This document shows positions 26,180 through 38,469 of a stretch of DNA of 64,000 nt, one piece after another. The notes beneath the pieces were generated by a model. The model saw only the letters and a program-made list of their open reading frames with translations, was not told the DNA's origin and did not search any database. The position numbers and the translations under genes are program-made. The first letter of the stretch is position 1, and the number at the start of each line of letters is the position of its first letter. Source of the stretch: Callorhinchus milii (lineage: Eukaryota); assembly GCF_018977255.1 (NCBI RefSeq), contig NW_024704743.1, forward strand, positions 38,194,001 through 38,258,000, in the 5' to 3' direction.

Positions 26180-26951
26180 GTAAGTGAATGTGGACACCAG
26201 GAAAACAGTGCTGCACTAATAATAAGATTTTACAAAAATATGTACATATGCAAAAGTCGTAATCAGTTGTTTTTCTGTGGGATTTGTGGCAGTTTTTGAT
26301 TAAGACAATTCCATAAGACATTTTGTCTCTTGGCATTAATTCATGGGTCTTTTTTTCCAGCTTATCATGTCATCCACTCAAAAACATACTTTGATTCAAT
26401 TATCTTTGTACAGTTGTACTTTTCTTATGTTCATATGTTCTTATGTTCATGTTGAATTTCTAAAATTTAAAAAAATTTCTATGCAGCTTTCTTCTGATTT
26501 TTAGAAATCATAAACTTTCAAGATATTTCTGAAACCCAATTCTGAATTTAGAAGTGATGTTTTAAAATGGTAACTGCGTAGTTTTCCAATGTAGAACAAT
26601 GATATGTTTCCCGGTACATTCCAGCCCTGCCCACTCGAACTTTGGTTTACAGAGCTGAGGATATGTCGACACCCTCAAATAAGTCTGTAAGACTGGCCAA
26701 CCATCAAGAGTGCCTTAGATGACTGTGACCCTGCCTTGCTTTGCCAAGTGGATCTGTTTTGAGCCAGTGCACCCTAGGATGACTTGCAATTTTCACATGT
26801 GGTTTTATTATCACAGCTTATAATTATCACATAATATTTATTCTTCACCCCAATATATGAATGAAATGCCACTCAATTTTGAGTTTTTAGAAGCTCCAAT
26901 GCCCTTAATTTAGTTTTTCACTTTGTATTCATGATGTATTAACCTCTGCAG

Positions 26952-27182
26952 GTGAGCCAAGATGGGAAGGCTCTGCTAGATAAACTCCAACGACCTCTAA
27001 CCCCCGGCAGTGCTGACTCATTGATGGCGACTGCCAATTATTCAAAGGCTGTTCACCATGTGCTGGACATCATCCACGAGGTCCTCCACCACCAGCGACA
27101 GCTGGAGAACATCTGGCAACATCGAAAGGTTCGGCTCCACCAGCGGCTCCAACTCTGTGTCTTTCAACAGGATGTACATCAG
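26952..27182 (+). CDS. TRIO: TRIO coding exon E (231 nt): VSQDGKALLDKLQRPLTPG...LQLCVFQQDVHQ
   Basis: Acceptor cctctgcAG, donor CAG|GTGAGT. In frame. Confidence 0.96.
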
Positions 27183-28587
27183 GTGAGTGCAAGTTTGATC
27201 TTCACCATGTGTGCTCTGGACATTTAGAGAAAGGTAATTCCTTTCTTTAACATCAAATTGAACAAGTGTTTCCTTGGTGTGTCAGCCTAGACCATGATAT
27301 TGGGTCTTGTTTTAGAGCCTAAACAGAGGGAACATATTTCAGGCCTACACATGAGAGTGCTATCACCTGAGGCAAATGCGTACCATTGTTATAACATTTG
27401 CTCATCGTTTCTTACCTCAATTATTATTAGTAGTACATTAGAGCTTTAAAAAAAAGGTATGTTTGTAAAATTATGACTTCCCCTCACTCCACCGTGTTCC
27501 AGCAAATTAAATAGATAGGAAGCTCCAGGGGAAAATTATTTGGAAGAGTTCTGTCAATGCAACTTTTAAAAAGAAACTTTGCTAGAGGTGAATAGAAAGT
27601 GGTGGGGTAAGGTGTACATCAACATTTAACCTCTGTCTTCATCACGCTGGCTCGGGTAGCAATTTACTGTTTTCAGTAAAGGAAATATGGGTTGGTTTTC
27701 TTGGCAGTTGTCATTTATCTGTGTACAAGATGAGCTCAATTGCCCCTGTAGATGTGTTGTATTTTCACTGCCTGTCAGATGTGATTAAGACAAGTCACCT
27801 ACCACCAGAGCAAGCTTGTGATGATAGATGCTGGGTTTGCAAAATGAAGCATTAGAGAAAACATTTTAACAGAAGAATTTAGGTATCATTAAAAGCAACC
27901 ATCAACATAAATCTTTCCTAGTTCACGACGGACCAGTGAATGGGAGCAACTAATCATAACTCATAACTCTCAATTCAGCACTTTTCAGCTATTAGCACAG
28001 TGTGTGGATCAATTGATTCATGTACCTACATACCCTTCATTACAAAGGGTACAAAAAGCACTTGAATAGTTTTAATATGTCCATGTTTATAGGTCTATGA
28101 ATTACTGGAGCTTTTATTGTAGAATTCATTTGATCTGATCAAATCTTACTCCTTATAAATATAGCACCTTAAAGAAAACTGCTCTAAGTTATACTTATCC
28201 TGCTATCCATTTGAGCACTATATGATGCTTCTTCCATAATCAACATTGCCAAATTAATGCTGTTTTCCCCTAATATATATTTTTTATAATTTTTTTTCAA
28301 CAACAAATGAGAAACTGACAAAGCACACTTTAGGATCCACTCACGTTGACACTTGTCTAACTGTATCTAATAATTTCCGGAGTTAGTTAGTCGGGTGGAT
28401 TTCTCTGGGGAAGAGGGTGCACAATCCATTTCTGACACAAAAAAAATTCTGTGCTTAAGTGGAATACATATGTGAAACTTTTGTCTAGTTTGGATACTTG
28501 TTAAGCATGGCAGTAGGTTTTCTCATGTATGAGACATTTGGCTGACCAAAATTAAACCTTCAATGTGGACTTTTTTCAAATTAAATT

Positions 28588-29210
28588 TAGAGTACAAGAG
28601 TAGGGAAGTCTTGCTGCAACTGTATAGGGCCCTGGTGAGACCGCAACTAGAGTATTGTGTGCAGTTTTGGTCCCCTTATTTAAAAAAGGACATACTTGCC
28701 CTAGAGGGGGTGCAGCGTAGATTCACTCCGTTAGTTCCTGGGATGAGGGGACTGACCTATGAGGATAGGCTGAATAAACTAGAGCTGTATTCTCTAGAGT
28801 ACAGAAGAATTAGGGGAGATCTCATTGAAACATATAAGATTCTTAAAGGGCTGGATACAGTAGACACTGAGGGTCTGTTTCCCCTGGTAGGAGAATCCAT
28901 AACCAGGGGTCACAGTCTTAAAATTAAGGGTCAGCCTTTTAGAACAGAGTTGAGGAAACATTTCTTCACTCAGAGGGTAGTGAATTTATGGAATTCACTA
29001 CCCCAGAAGACTGTAGATGCTCAGTCCTTGAACATCTTCAAGGCTGAGACTGATAGATTTTTAAAAAATAGAGGGATTAGGGGATATGGGGATAGGACAG
29101 GTAATTAGAGTTAGGTCTGAAGATCAGCCATGATCTTATCGAATGGCGGGGCAGGCTCGAGGGGCCGAATGGCCTACTCCTGCTCCTAATTCTCATGTTT
29201 TTATGTTCTT
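28588..29210 (+). mobile_element. Young CR1-clade LINE, 5'-truncated (ORF2 C-terminus, 3' UTR, TTCTTATG-type tail)
   Basis: Uninterrupted frame EYKSREVLLQLYRALVRPQLEYCVQFWSPY...RGDLIETYKIL...FFTQRVVNLWNSLP to the stop at 29108; 3' UTR gaatggcggggcaggctcgaggggccgaatggcctactcctgctcc. Confidence 0.95.
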
Positions 29211-29308
29211 AAATATTAGCCTGGCTCAGGTGATAACACTTTTGTCTCTGAGTAAGAAGGTTGTGAGTTCAAGCCCCTCATAGTCTTGAACTCACCCTTA
29301 TGCTGTTG

Positions 29309-29658
29309 AATAATAATAATCCTTGCATTTGATATAGTGCCTCATCATGTCGGTGAGACATCTCAAAGTGCTTCACAGAATATATTGTAAAGTGGGTTGA
29401 CTGTGTATTTTGTGGGTGAAATGTGGCAGCCAAATGCGCACATCAGTGTCCCAAAAACAGACCAAATTATTATAATTTTTTTTGTTAGTGATTATTACAC
29501 CTGGAAAGCAACCCGCCAACAACTGAGTTCCTACTTACTGTTAGGTAAACAGTGTGTGAAGTAAGGAAAGTTACCTAAGGTTTCACTCCGGCCAGGAATC
29601 GAACCTGGGTCCTTTCACATGCGAGGCGAATACGCTGACCTCTACGCTACCTGACTCC
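29309..29658 (-). mobile_element. tRNA-derived SINE, long variant
   Basis: Family tail and tRNA-like head; extra internal block ttcctacttactgttaggtaaacag. Confidence 0.9.
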
Positions 29659-30325
29659 ACATTTTTGAGATTCCATTTTTACGCCTGTTTTATTTCTTAT
29701 GAGTCAGCCAGTTTCTAGTCCACTTCAGAAATCATATCCCTCTATTTCATGGCTTTGAACCTTGTGGTCCAATCTCCTCAATGATACAGAGAGTTGCTAC
29801 ACATGCTTTGTAACACTGCACTGTCGTATAATACTGTTCTTTCATTACAGATAATTAGTTTGTCCTAATCTCCTTTCTTCAGTTAAAGCTTCTGTATTAC
29901 ATCTCATATTATGCACAAAGGGTCAGTGGTTATGTATGATTACATCTCTAAGAACTCTAATTAGCAGCTTTCAGAGCAGGTATTCTTTTTAACTTTATAA
30001 CCAGCTTTATATGCTGCCACTAATAAGTCGAGGAGTAAGAATTGTACAAACCAGACCCCTGCTACTTTGTGAAGCCATTTGCTACTTACAGCTTTGAGCT
30101 ATTCTGCCCCCACTCTCAGGAACCCCGTACCAGAGGCCTTCCATCTCACTCCCCAACTTTAAAGCCCACCTTGACTTTTCTTTTCGGCCACACTTCTGAT
30201 CACATTTCTTTCCCTTTCCTCTGCTTCCTCCCACATCCAGCACGAGAAGACTGGAGAAGCAGGAAAAAGCTTATTATCTGATAGGCAATGCTTCCCTCAT
30301 CTTTCGCCTCCAATCCCATCTTTGT

Positions 30326-30643
30326 GGAGTCCTGTAGCTCAGTGGTTAGAGCACTTGCCTTGCAAGCGAGACACCTGGGTTCAATTCCAGACAGGGCGAA
30401 ACCTTGGGCAGGTTTCCTTACTCCACACGCCTAATAATAATCCCTCCAAAACAAAAAACAATAATAAATTGGTAATTTTCATACCACGACTGTTTGTGGG
30501 ACATTGCTGTGCGCAATTGGCTGCCGAGTTTCGCCCACAAAATGTACATTCAATTCACTTTACAGTATATCCTGTGAATATCTTTGAGACGTCTAAAAGA
30601 CGTGAAAAGCGCTATATCAAATGCAAGGATTATTATTATTATT
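30326..30643 (+). mobile_element. tRNA(Ala-like)-derived SINE, full length, short variant
   Basis: GGAGTCCTGTAGCTCAGTGGTTAGAGC (A box), cttgcaa loop, GGGTTCAATTCC (B box), tail caaatgcaaggattattattatt. Confidence 0.93.
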
Positions 30644-31798
30644 TCGCTGGGATGCAACATACTAGGCAACTCGGTTGGTTGAGCTAGACTAGAATATTTG
30701 GTGATTGATTGCTGAGGGGCTACTCAGTTCTTCACTCTTTTGAGGTCAATAAAATGAAAATCGTGTTTAAAACTATCCTCTTGGAAAGAGAAGGTAAAAA
30801 GGTTCTCGCTGAGGCTAACTGGGTATGAGGAGACACCTAACAAAGCCAGATATATCTATAATAATCCAAGTAATTGTTGTGGATTCACCATTCTTTCCAG
30901 TGATTTAGACAGTGTAGGTATACTATCACCTCTGTGAGCCACAACCATAGCAAATAGGATGATTTTAGCTGAACAAGTTCCTTGCTACACATTTAACATT
31001 ATATTTTTCTGTTCGAACTTTATTTTTCCCTGTTTCACTGGAAAAAAAAATATTTCCTCCAAAGCTCCGTATACACTGCCCTAACCACTGTTCCTCCTCC
31101 CTGCATCTCATTGGGTTCAACTCAGAACTCATGATGTTATTGGCCATTTTAATTCACTGCTTCTCTAGACCTTCATCTGGGTTTCTGAATTAAAAAAAAC
31201 CCATTGGTTGCACATTATTTTGCACAGTCCTCCTGCACTAACGCTGGGTTTATATTGCACAACTGTTTTCTGAAGTGGCCCTCCAATGCTGGCTGCCACT
31301 TCTGTCGTTGTAAAAACTAACCTGTTTAGATTTCACGATATACTCTAGTCTAGAGCAATTGAAGCAGCTATAAACAGCTCAAGCATATTTCTCTATTTTA
31401 TTTCTTATTCCTTTGTTTCCCTTCTAATATCTCCCATTACCTATACCTAAAAAGGAGTCAACAACAGGAGTATGGGGAAAGGGCAGATTAATTGGATTGC
31501 TCTTAAAGGAGCCAGCGTAGACACGGGTTGAGGGGGAAGGTTTCAAATTATTGGAAATTGTACCCACTTATACTGCTTAACTTGTGAAAATTCTCCTTAA
31601 GATGCACAGTACTAAATATAGACGCAATCTTCTGTGGCCTGCAATTGATGGAAATTGAGGTGGAAATTTATCCATATCGGTTAGTGAGAGTGAAACTACT
31701 GTTTAATTACTCCAGTTTATTACAGGACAACCTAGTTATGTTCACTTATAATGTGATTCAGTTGTGAACCAGGACATTTTCTCACCTGCAAATCAATC

Positions 31799-32103
31799 GG
31801 AGTCCTGTAGCTCAGTAGTTTGAGCACTTGTCTCGCAACCGAGAGACCTAGGTTTGATTCCTGGCAGGGCAAAACCTTGGGCAAGTTGCTTTACTCCACA
31901 TGCCTGATAATAATCCTTCGAAAATAAAAGTAATAATAAAAATTGGTCACTTCAATCCACGACTGTTTGTGGGACACTACTGTGCGCAATTGGCTGCCAT
32001 ATTTTGCCCACAAATACAGCCAATTCGCTTTACAGTCTATGAAGCGCTTTGAGATGTCTAGAGGACGTGAAAAGCGCTATATCAAATGCAAGGATTATTA
32101 TTA
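31799..32103 (+). mobile_element. tRNA-derived SINE, full length, short variant
   Basis: Colinear with the 30326 copy over its full length. Confidence 0.92.
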
Positions 32104-33317
32104 ATGGTACCATCCGAACTAAGTGCCAAAAAAAAGACCAACTTCTGAGTCGTCAAGTCATCGCTGGCTTTACAAGGGGTTGCTCTGTGTTGAGCAATTT
32201 TGCTTATGTTGAGCAGGGGTGGAGGTGAGGGGCATTCTGAGCTCCATTAGTTCTACACTCTCTCAACCTGTCAGAGTAACACACAAGAGATTGGCAATTA
32301 TTTTTAGTTGTGAATCAACTAACTCAGCATAGACAGGAGATCGATGCCTTTAGTTTCTTGATCTGCAAAAGCACCTCGGCTGCAATAAGCTTTTGGAGCA
32401 AATCCAGTGCACCCCATGTTGTGGTCTTGCTGGGAATTTCAGGGTTCAACAAAAATCTAGGCATCACAGTTTCTGTGTATAATAGAAAAGTTACGGTGTG
32501 GATCAGATTTTAAAAAAAAGCTTAATTAACATAATTGAAACAAATGAAAACATATGTTTAATTTTCCATGAATTTCACTTCATAGCACAAAGGGGAGCAG
32601 TAAATGTTGGATGGAATTTGCTTCATTGCCTTTCTTAGGTGTTACACACAACAGCATACATTGTTAAGAATGAAATTTATACCCATTTTATGACCTCCTG
32701 TAATGTTTGGATAAAAATAAAGGTTTATTTTTAAAAATGGAATTATATAAAATTGTAAGCTCTGAAAATGCCCAAATCATCTCATTTCACGTCATGCCTT
32801 TTCACTGTCTTTCTCTTAAAACTCCGATTTGTGTTTTTAAAAAGAAAAACATTTGTGCCCTCAGCAGTTGTAGTAAAATCGGATAAAAAGATTGCATCCT
32901 GGTGTGAACGTCACCTCTGTGACTTCTGTAAGCAGTGGGTAGGTTGAAAAACAATTGCTGCATCGATGCATGAGTCCTGCTGCTAAGTTTGCATTGTGGC
33001 TTGTATTTTGGATTCCCACCAACATTTCACTGGAAAATCTCAGGCCATAAATACACCGCTGTGATGCATTTAATAGTCATAATGGTTCATTTTTCCCTTC
33101 ATTATGATTATTTTAAAATATTGTGATTATGATTAATGAACATAAAACAGCTCCCAGCAGGCGAATATGAGCTTTTGCCTTATTTGAAGATGGTTACGTT
33201 TACCAGAACAACTGCAAACCGAACCTGTTGATTCTCACTGAAATACCTATGTTTTATGACTGTAATCAAAATAATTCAAAATGTAGAACCTGATGCAGAG
33301 TTGTATTAAATTTGTAG

Positions 33318-33440
33318 GTGTTGGATTGGATTGAAAACCATGGTGAGGCCTTTCTCAGCAAACACACTGGAGTGGGGAAATCTCTGCACAGAGCCAGGGC
33401 CCTGCAGAAACGACACGAGGATTTTGAGGAAGTCGCACAG
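33318..33440 (+). CDS. TRIO: TRIO coding exon F (123 nt): VLDWIENHGEAFLSKHTGVGKSLHRARALQKRHEDFEEVAQ
   Basis: Acceptor tttgtAG, donor CAG|GTGAGA. Highly conserved Trio/kalirin peptide. Manual translation; not in the ORF track. Confidence 0.96.
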
Positions 33441-34639
33441 GTGAGAGGACATATCGGGTTTGAAAGCTGACATGACTGTTCTGGAGGGAAGAGTCAAAAC
33501 AATTTTTTTCTAAATTGCCGTCTGTGTGTTGATGATGGTTTCTGTTTTCTTGCAAAGCTTATGTTTTGTTCCTTATTTGACAACACGGTGATGTATTGGC
33601 ATTAGGTTTATATATGGCTCCATGTGGGATTGGCAGTACATAATTAGTTTAAATTTGGCTTTTCTACCAAATTCCAGAAACTCCTGAATATATGGAACTG
33701 ACCGTTTTATTTAACACTCTTTAAACACTGACTGGAATGTATATTATTTCCAGCACCTTGTATTTTGTTTTTCTTAAACAATATAGTAGACATTATTAGT
33801 GGTGTCACTGTGCAGAAAGCCAGCTTGCCTTCCAGCACTAAAAAATAGCCAAAGAACAGGTCATCAGGTTGTTGCGAACAGCACATCCTGCACACAACAT
33901 ATAGTCCGCAGGGCACCCATGTTATAAGTGAACCTACGTAACAAAGTGTGATATAAATCATTTCTACTGTGATAGATTTGCAAAGATAATAAGGGGGGTT
34001 TGCTCATGGAATTCAAGTCTTTGTTAAGCACACAGTTAATTGTGGCTCTCAAAAAAAAATCCTCCCTTTCTTCATGTCAATGTCTTTGTTTCCTCTCATC
34101 TACCCTGTAGCACTTTCCAGATGCTTGGACATATAGTTAGAAAGAGAGTAAGGAGTAATCCATTGTCTATTATAAAAACAACATTAACATTGTGCACCAT
34201 AATTGCAATGGATGATATTTCAGAATTTATTTTTTCTCTCTCTCTCTGGGGAAGGGTGACTTTTGTGTGCATTAATCAATAAGATGTTGGTTGACTATTC
34301 AGTTACAGTTGCATGGGACGGTGGTGCTGGGAATGGAATGCGCCCTCAATGTTTTTGTATTATGACACAAAATGCTTAAAGTATGCAATACAGTCAGATA
34401 CTGTAACTTGATAACTTGATCATATTACAATGAGCTTCATCTTACTGCACACCCTACATACACACGCTGTTTGTATAATATGGGAGAAATGCAAGACTAA
34501 AGCATTTCACAGTTCAAAGTGGTTTTCCTGATTTATTTCAAATTATTCCACATCTTCATTCTTCCGAAGGATATTTTGAAAAGGAAAATATTTGGTTCAC
34601 ATTTCCCAGCCCAACTATGCCTTCTTTCCTCCGTAATCT

Positions 34640-34748
34640 ATTCGACAGTACCTAAGGTCACCTCCCCCTCCCCCCCAGCTCGGAGTCGTGCTCCGCCACT
34701 GACGAGGGTTTTGGGAGGGGGCGCTATGTAAATGCAAGTTGTTGTTGT
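34640..34748 (+). mobile_element. L2 3'-tail fragment
   Basis: cagctcggagtcgtgctccgccactg ... gcgctatgtaaatgcaagttgttgttg. Confidence 0.75.
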
Positions 34749-35867
34749 AATCAACTCAGCAGCAGGCTGGATTGCAAGCCAATTCAGTTACTTCCCATCA
34801 ATCTCTCATCAGTCTGCCCAGAGTCTTAAGTGGTCAGCCTCAGTAGGATAGTGTAGGTGTAAATTTAAAATAAATTGAAACCCAAATGCCGTTGAGTTAA
34901 GGTCATGTTTTAAACCACAAGAGCAAAGCCAGGTTCTATCTAATTTGTAACACTTAAAACCCTGTTTTGGAAGAACTTCTAAAACTAAAAAATTTATGAC
35001 AAACATGTGTTTATATAAATTATTTATTGTGGGAATAGGATTGGTTTAGTCCGGTTCTCTACCAACACTCATTATCTTAACATTTCTTAACCATTATCTC
35101 TGTGTCTTTTGCTGCCTGGCTCTGAGGCTATGGATCTGGTGGAGAGCATTCTTATTGTTCCCATCTACTTCTCCACACACATGCTTTATTTCTACAATTC
35201 CCACTGGCCATTTTTTGACATGTTTTAAGTTTGTGAGAAATGATTGTCTTTTTAATTCATTTTTATTGGTTTGCTTTCTCTCGTGGGTAGATTTTCCACT
35301 GACCTTGATACTGAAATAGATGGACACACCATTCAGTTGACTGTTGCTAATGACTGTGTTAATAAATTTATGATACATTCACTGCAGTACAGTATTAACA
35401 AAATATAGTTCATTACTGTGAAGTAAGATTCCAGTGGGCATTGCAATATTAGCATAGTGGCTGGCAACCCTGTTTATATCGCAGGATAGATATACTTTTT
35501 CAGATCAGATCAGATTTTGTGAACTATAGAAAATAAATGAAATGTAGTCCCAGGACAAAAAATGTCTGAAGATCTCTGCAACTGTTTCACATATTTGGAG
35601 CTTAAGATGTCAGCAAGGCAAGTTGTGTTATAGGTTGATGAAGACAGGATTGTGCTATCTTGCCAGACAGCACCCTGTAGCAGCTCCGAGACGTTACCAG
35701 TTTTCAATTAGATGACAGTTTGAATCCACAGAATTGATGCTTGTTATTTGGACAAAAGGAGGCCTAATTTCTTTGCGTTTTACCTCAGAGGAGAATGCAG
35801 TTGATTTTAGTTCATGGTGGAAGCTTGCTAACTGGAAATACATGAAATTCACCTTCATTTCCTAATC

Positions 35868-36228
35868 AATAATATAATCTTTGCATTTGAGACAGCGCCT
35901 CATTACGTCTTTGAGACGTCTCAAGGTGCATTACAGGTTATACTGTAAAGTGACTTGACTGTATATTTTGTGGGTGAAACGCGGCAGCAAATTGCGCAGA
36001 GCAGTGTCCCACAAACAGTTGTGGATTGAGTGATCGAATTATTATTTTTTTTGAAGGGATTACCACCCCAGAACAACTGGGTATTAATAATAGGGTTGCT
36101 ACTTACTGCTAGGTAAACAGAGGCGTGAGGAGTAAGGAACTTGCCCAACATTTCGCCCTGCCCGGAAATCAAGCCCAGGTCCTCTCGCTTGCGAGGAGAG
36201 TGCTCCAACCACTGAGCTACAGGACTCC
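35868..36228 (-). mobile_element. tRNA-derived SINE, long variant
   Basis: Ends ccactgagctacaggactcc (head, reversed); contains the acttactgctaggtaaacagagg block. Confidence 0.92.
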
Positions 36229-37003
36229 AATTCTTGTATGATGCTCTTTATACAGGAAACCCCTGGTTTATCGGATCCGGGGACTCGGGATTCGGACTTA
36301 CCTGGACCAGGCCCAAAACAAAATTAAAAAAAATAAACAAATTCCCTGGGCCCGCACACATATGGACTCACTCCCATCTTACCTGGCTTGCTGGCCTTCA
36401 GTGGTCAGGTACCGACTTTACTGAGTAAGAATCCTGCGAGTAGAAGACAACTTTTGCTATCCTCTTCTCTCAGGATTCAAACAATTTACCAGCATTTCTT
36501 GGCACTGAAAAAAGCTGAAAAAATGACTTGTATTTGAAAGGATTAGACAATTTATTCTTCACAGTTCAAGTGGATGTAATATGAAAATTTAAGCCACCCA
36601 CCTTTAAACAAAATCTCCCAGATAACATTGTAAAATTGTGAGGGGTTAATTTTGTGAGAAACTGCTGCGTTCTTGGAACTGCACCCCAGCAATACACCAC
36701 AACCTTCAGGAAAGGCGGGAGGGGGAGGTGATGAGTAGGAGGAATGACATTAGGCTATGTGGTTAACTTTTCAAATTTGTTTATGGAGACTTGTGTTCAT
36801 TCAGGGATTGCTGTATAATTAAGTTGAATGTTTTAAGCTGTTTGAAGTTCCAAGTGAAAAACCATTAAAGTAACCTTTTTTTATTGAAATGAAAGTTGTT
36901 CAACTTTAGTGGACTGGTCCAGGTTTTCTTTTAAAGCTCTCAAGAAGAAATGGAATCTGTGGAATGACCCAAAATTGGAAGCATAAAAACAGCCAAATAG
37001 AGA

Positions 37004-37277
37004 ACCTTCCAGAGGGAAGGGTGATGACAGAAAAGTGGTGCAGGGATGTTTTTTTGAGTAAAGCACATTTATGGCTTAGGAGCAAATAATCATAATAATC
37101 CTTGCACTTGACATAGTGTCTTTCTGTGAAGTGCTTTGAGACGTCTGGAAGGCATGATAAGGCACTATGTCAAGTGCAAGGATTATTATGATTATTTGCT
37201 CCTAAGCCATAAATGTGCTTTATTCAAAAAAACATCCCTGCACCACTTTTCTGTCATCACCCTTCCCTCTGGAAGGT
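37004..37277. repeat. 115-bp inverted repeat with 44-bp spacer (114 of 115 positions complementary)
   Basis: 37004-37118 is the reverse complement of 37163-37277 except G37058 versus T37223. Confidence 0.97.
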
Positions 37278-38469
37278 GAAATGATTCCTAACTACAAAAT
37301 TCTTTTATGTCAATTTTTTCTTCAGTTCTATTCATTGATTCAATGTTTCTAAGGCTTTTTAAAAAAATAATTTCTTAACATTTCCCCTGCAGTTTGTACC
37401 TGTACAAATAACGATAGAATTCTTCTTTTCCCTACCTACTGCAAACAGTATTGGTCTTCCTTCATCTTTAGTTCTGCTGTCCTTCAATCTACTGACATTT
37501 ATATCGATACAAAGCTCTTTGTGTTGAAGTGGCTTGATAATACCACAGATTGTAACCGGGTTTTAAAATTAAATAGAAGCATATTTGGGCATTACTTAGA
37601 AGCAATGCTAATTTCTGCTATGTTAGTTTGCTTTGCTTTCTTGCTTTGTCACTGGAGCGTCCCCTAGTGGTGATTGATCCCAGGATGTTAATTTACAAAT
37701 GTGGATAGGATTGGAGGGTCTCTGAAAGAAATGCCAATTGAGGTTAATTTAATCAATTCTGTTGATGATCTTTTTAAAATTTCTGTCATCTGAGCACTTG
37801 CTGCCAATATGCCATTTTAACATTTCTGCTCCATGGCCTTGGCTGATTTATATCACACTCACTTTCATTTTTAATGCCTGAGATGTCCTTCCAACATAAA
37901 GGGCACTTTATAAATGTAAATTTGTTATTTGATTTTCAACCAAAACATGGAACTTTAAAAAATATATAAATTCCATTTCAGTATCACATATATGAACAAA
38001 CTAAGCTTCGGAAACTTGTCAAAGTCACCAATGACGTTCTCTCCATCTGTCACCAGGGATCTTTTTGCCTCCTTGTCTCTAATCTCTCTGCTGCTACACT
38101 ACAATCTCTCTGCTGATACTATTGACTATTCCATCTTTCTCTCCTGTCTCTCCTTTCTACTTCATTTCTGTTGCTCTGATTATTCCTGGTTTCACCTGTC
38201 CCAGCATCTTCACTTTATCTTCAGTGTCTTCTCCTCCCCTCCACCTAGTCATGCACAGTGTTCCTCAGGACTCTGTTTTTGGTCTTCTTTTGAATTACAA
38301 GAATTCAAAATCTAGTTCTTGTGGAAAATTGTGTGTGGAATATTACTAAAGAGTACAGCTCTTTTTAGGACTTAAAAGCATCCTGTTCCAGTGATAAAAA
38401 CCTTATATGCACAGATCATTCGAATGATGCCAGGAAACACAGTTGAGCTTTTTTTTATTCCCTCTTTAG

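Noticed and set aside
30326..30400. tRNA-Ala-like gene (A/B boxes, TGC loop)
   Set aside because: It continues into the SINE body and tail and occurs in many diverged copies; a SINE head, not a tRNA gene.
36250..36360. Possible Tc1/mariner-like terminus (tacaggaaacccctggtttatcgga); also a hAT-like start caggaattcccaaact near 9217
   Set aside because: No partner TIR or TSD found, so an element cannot be supported.
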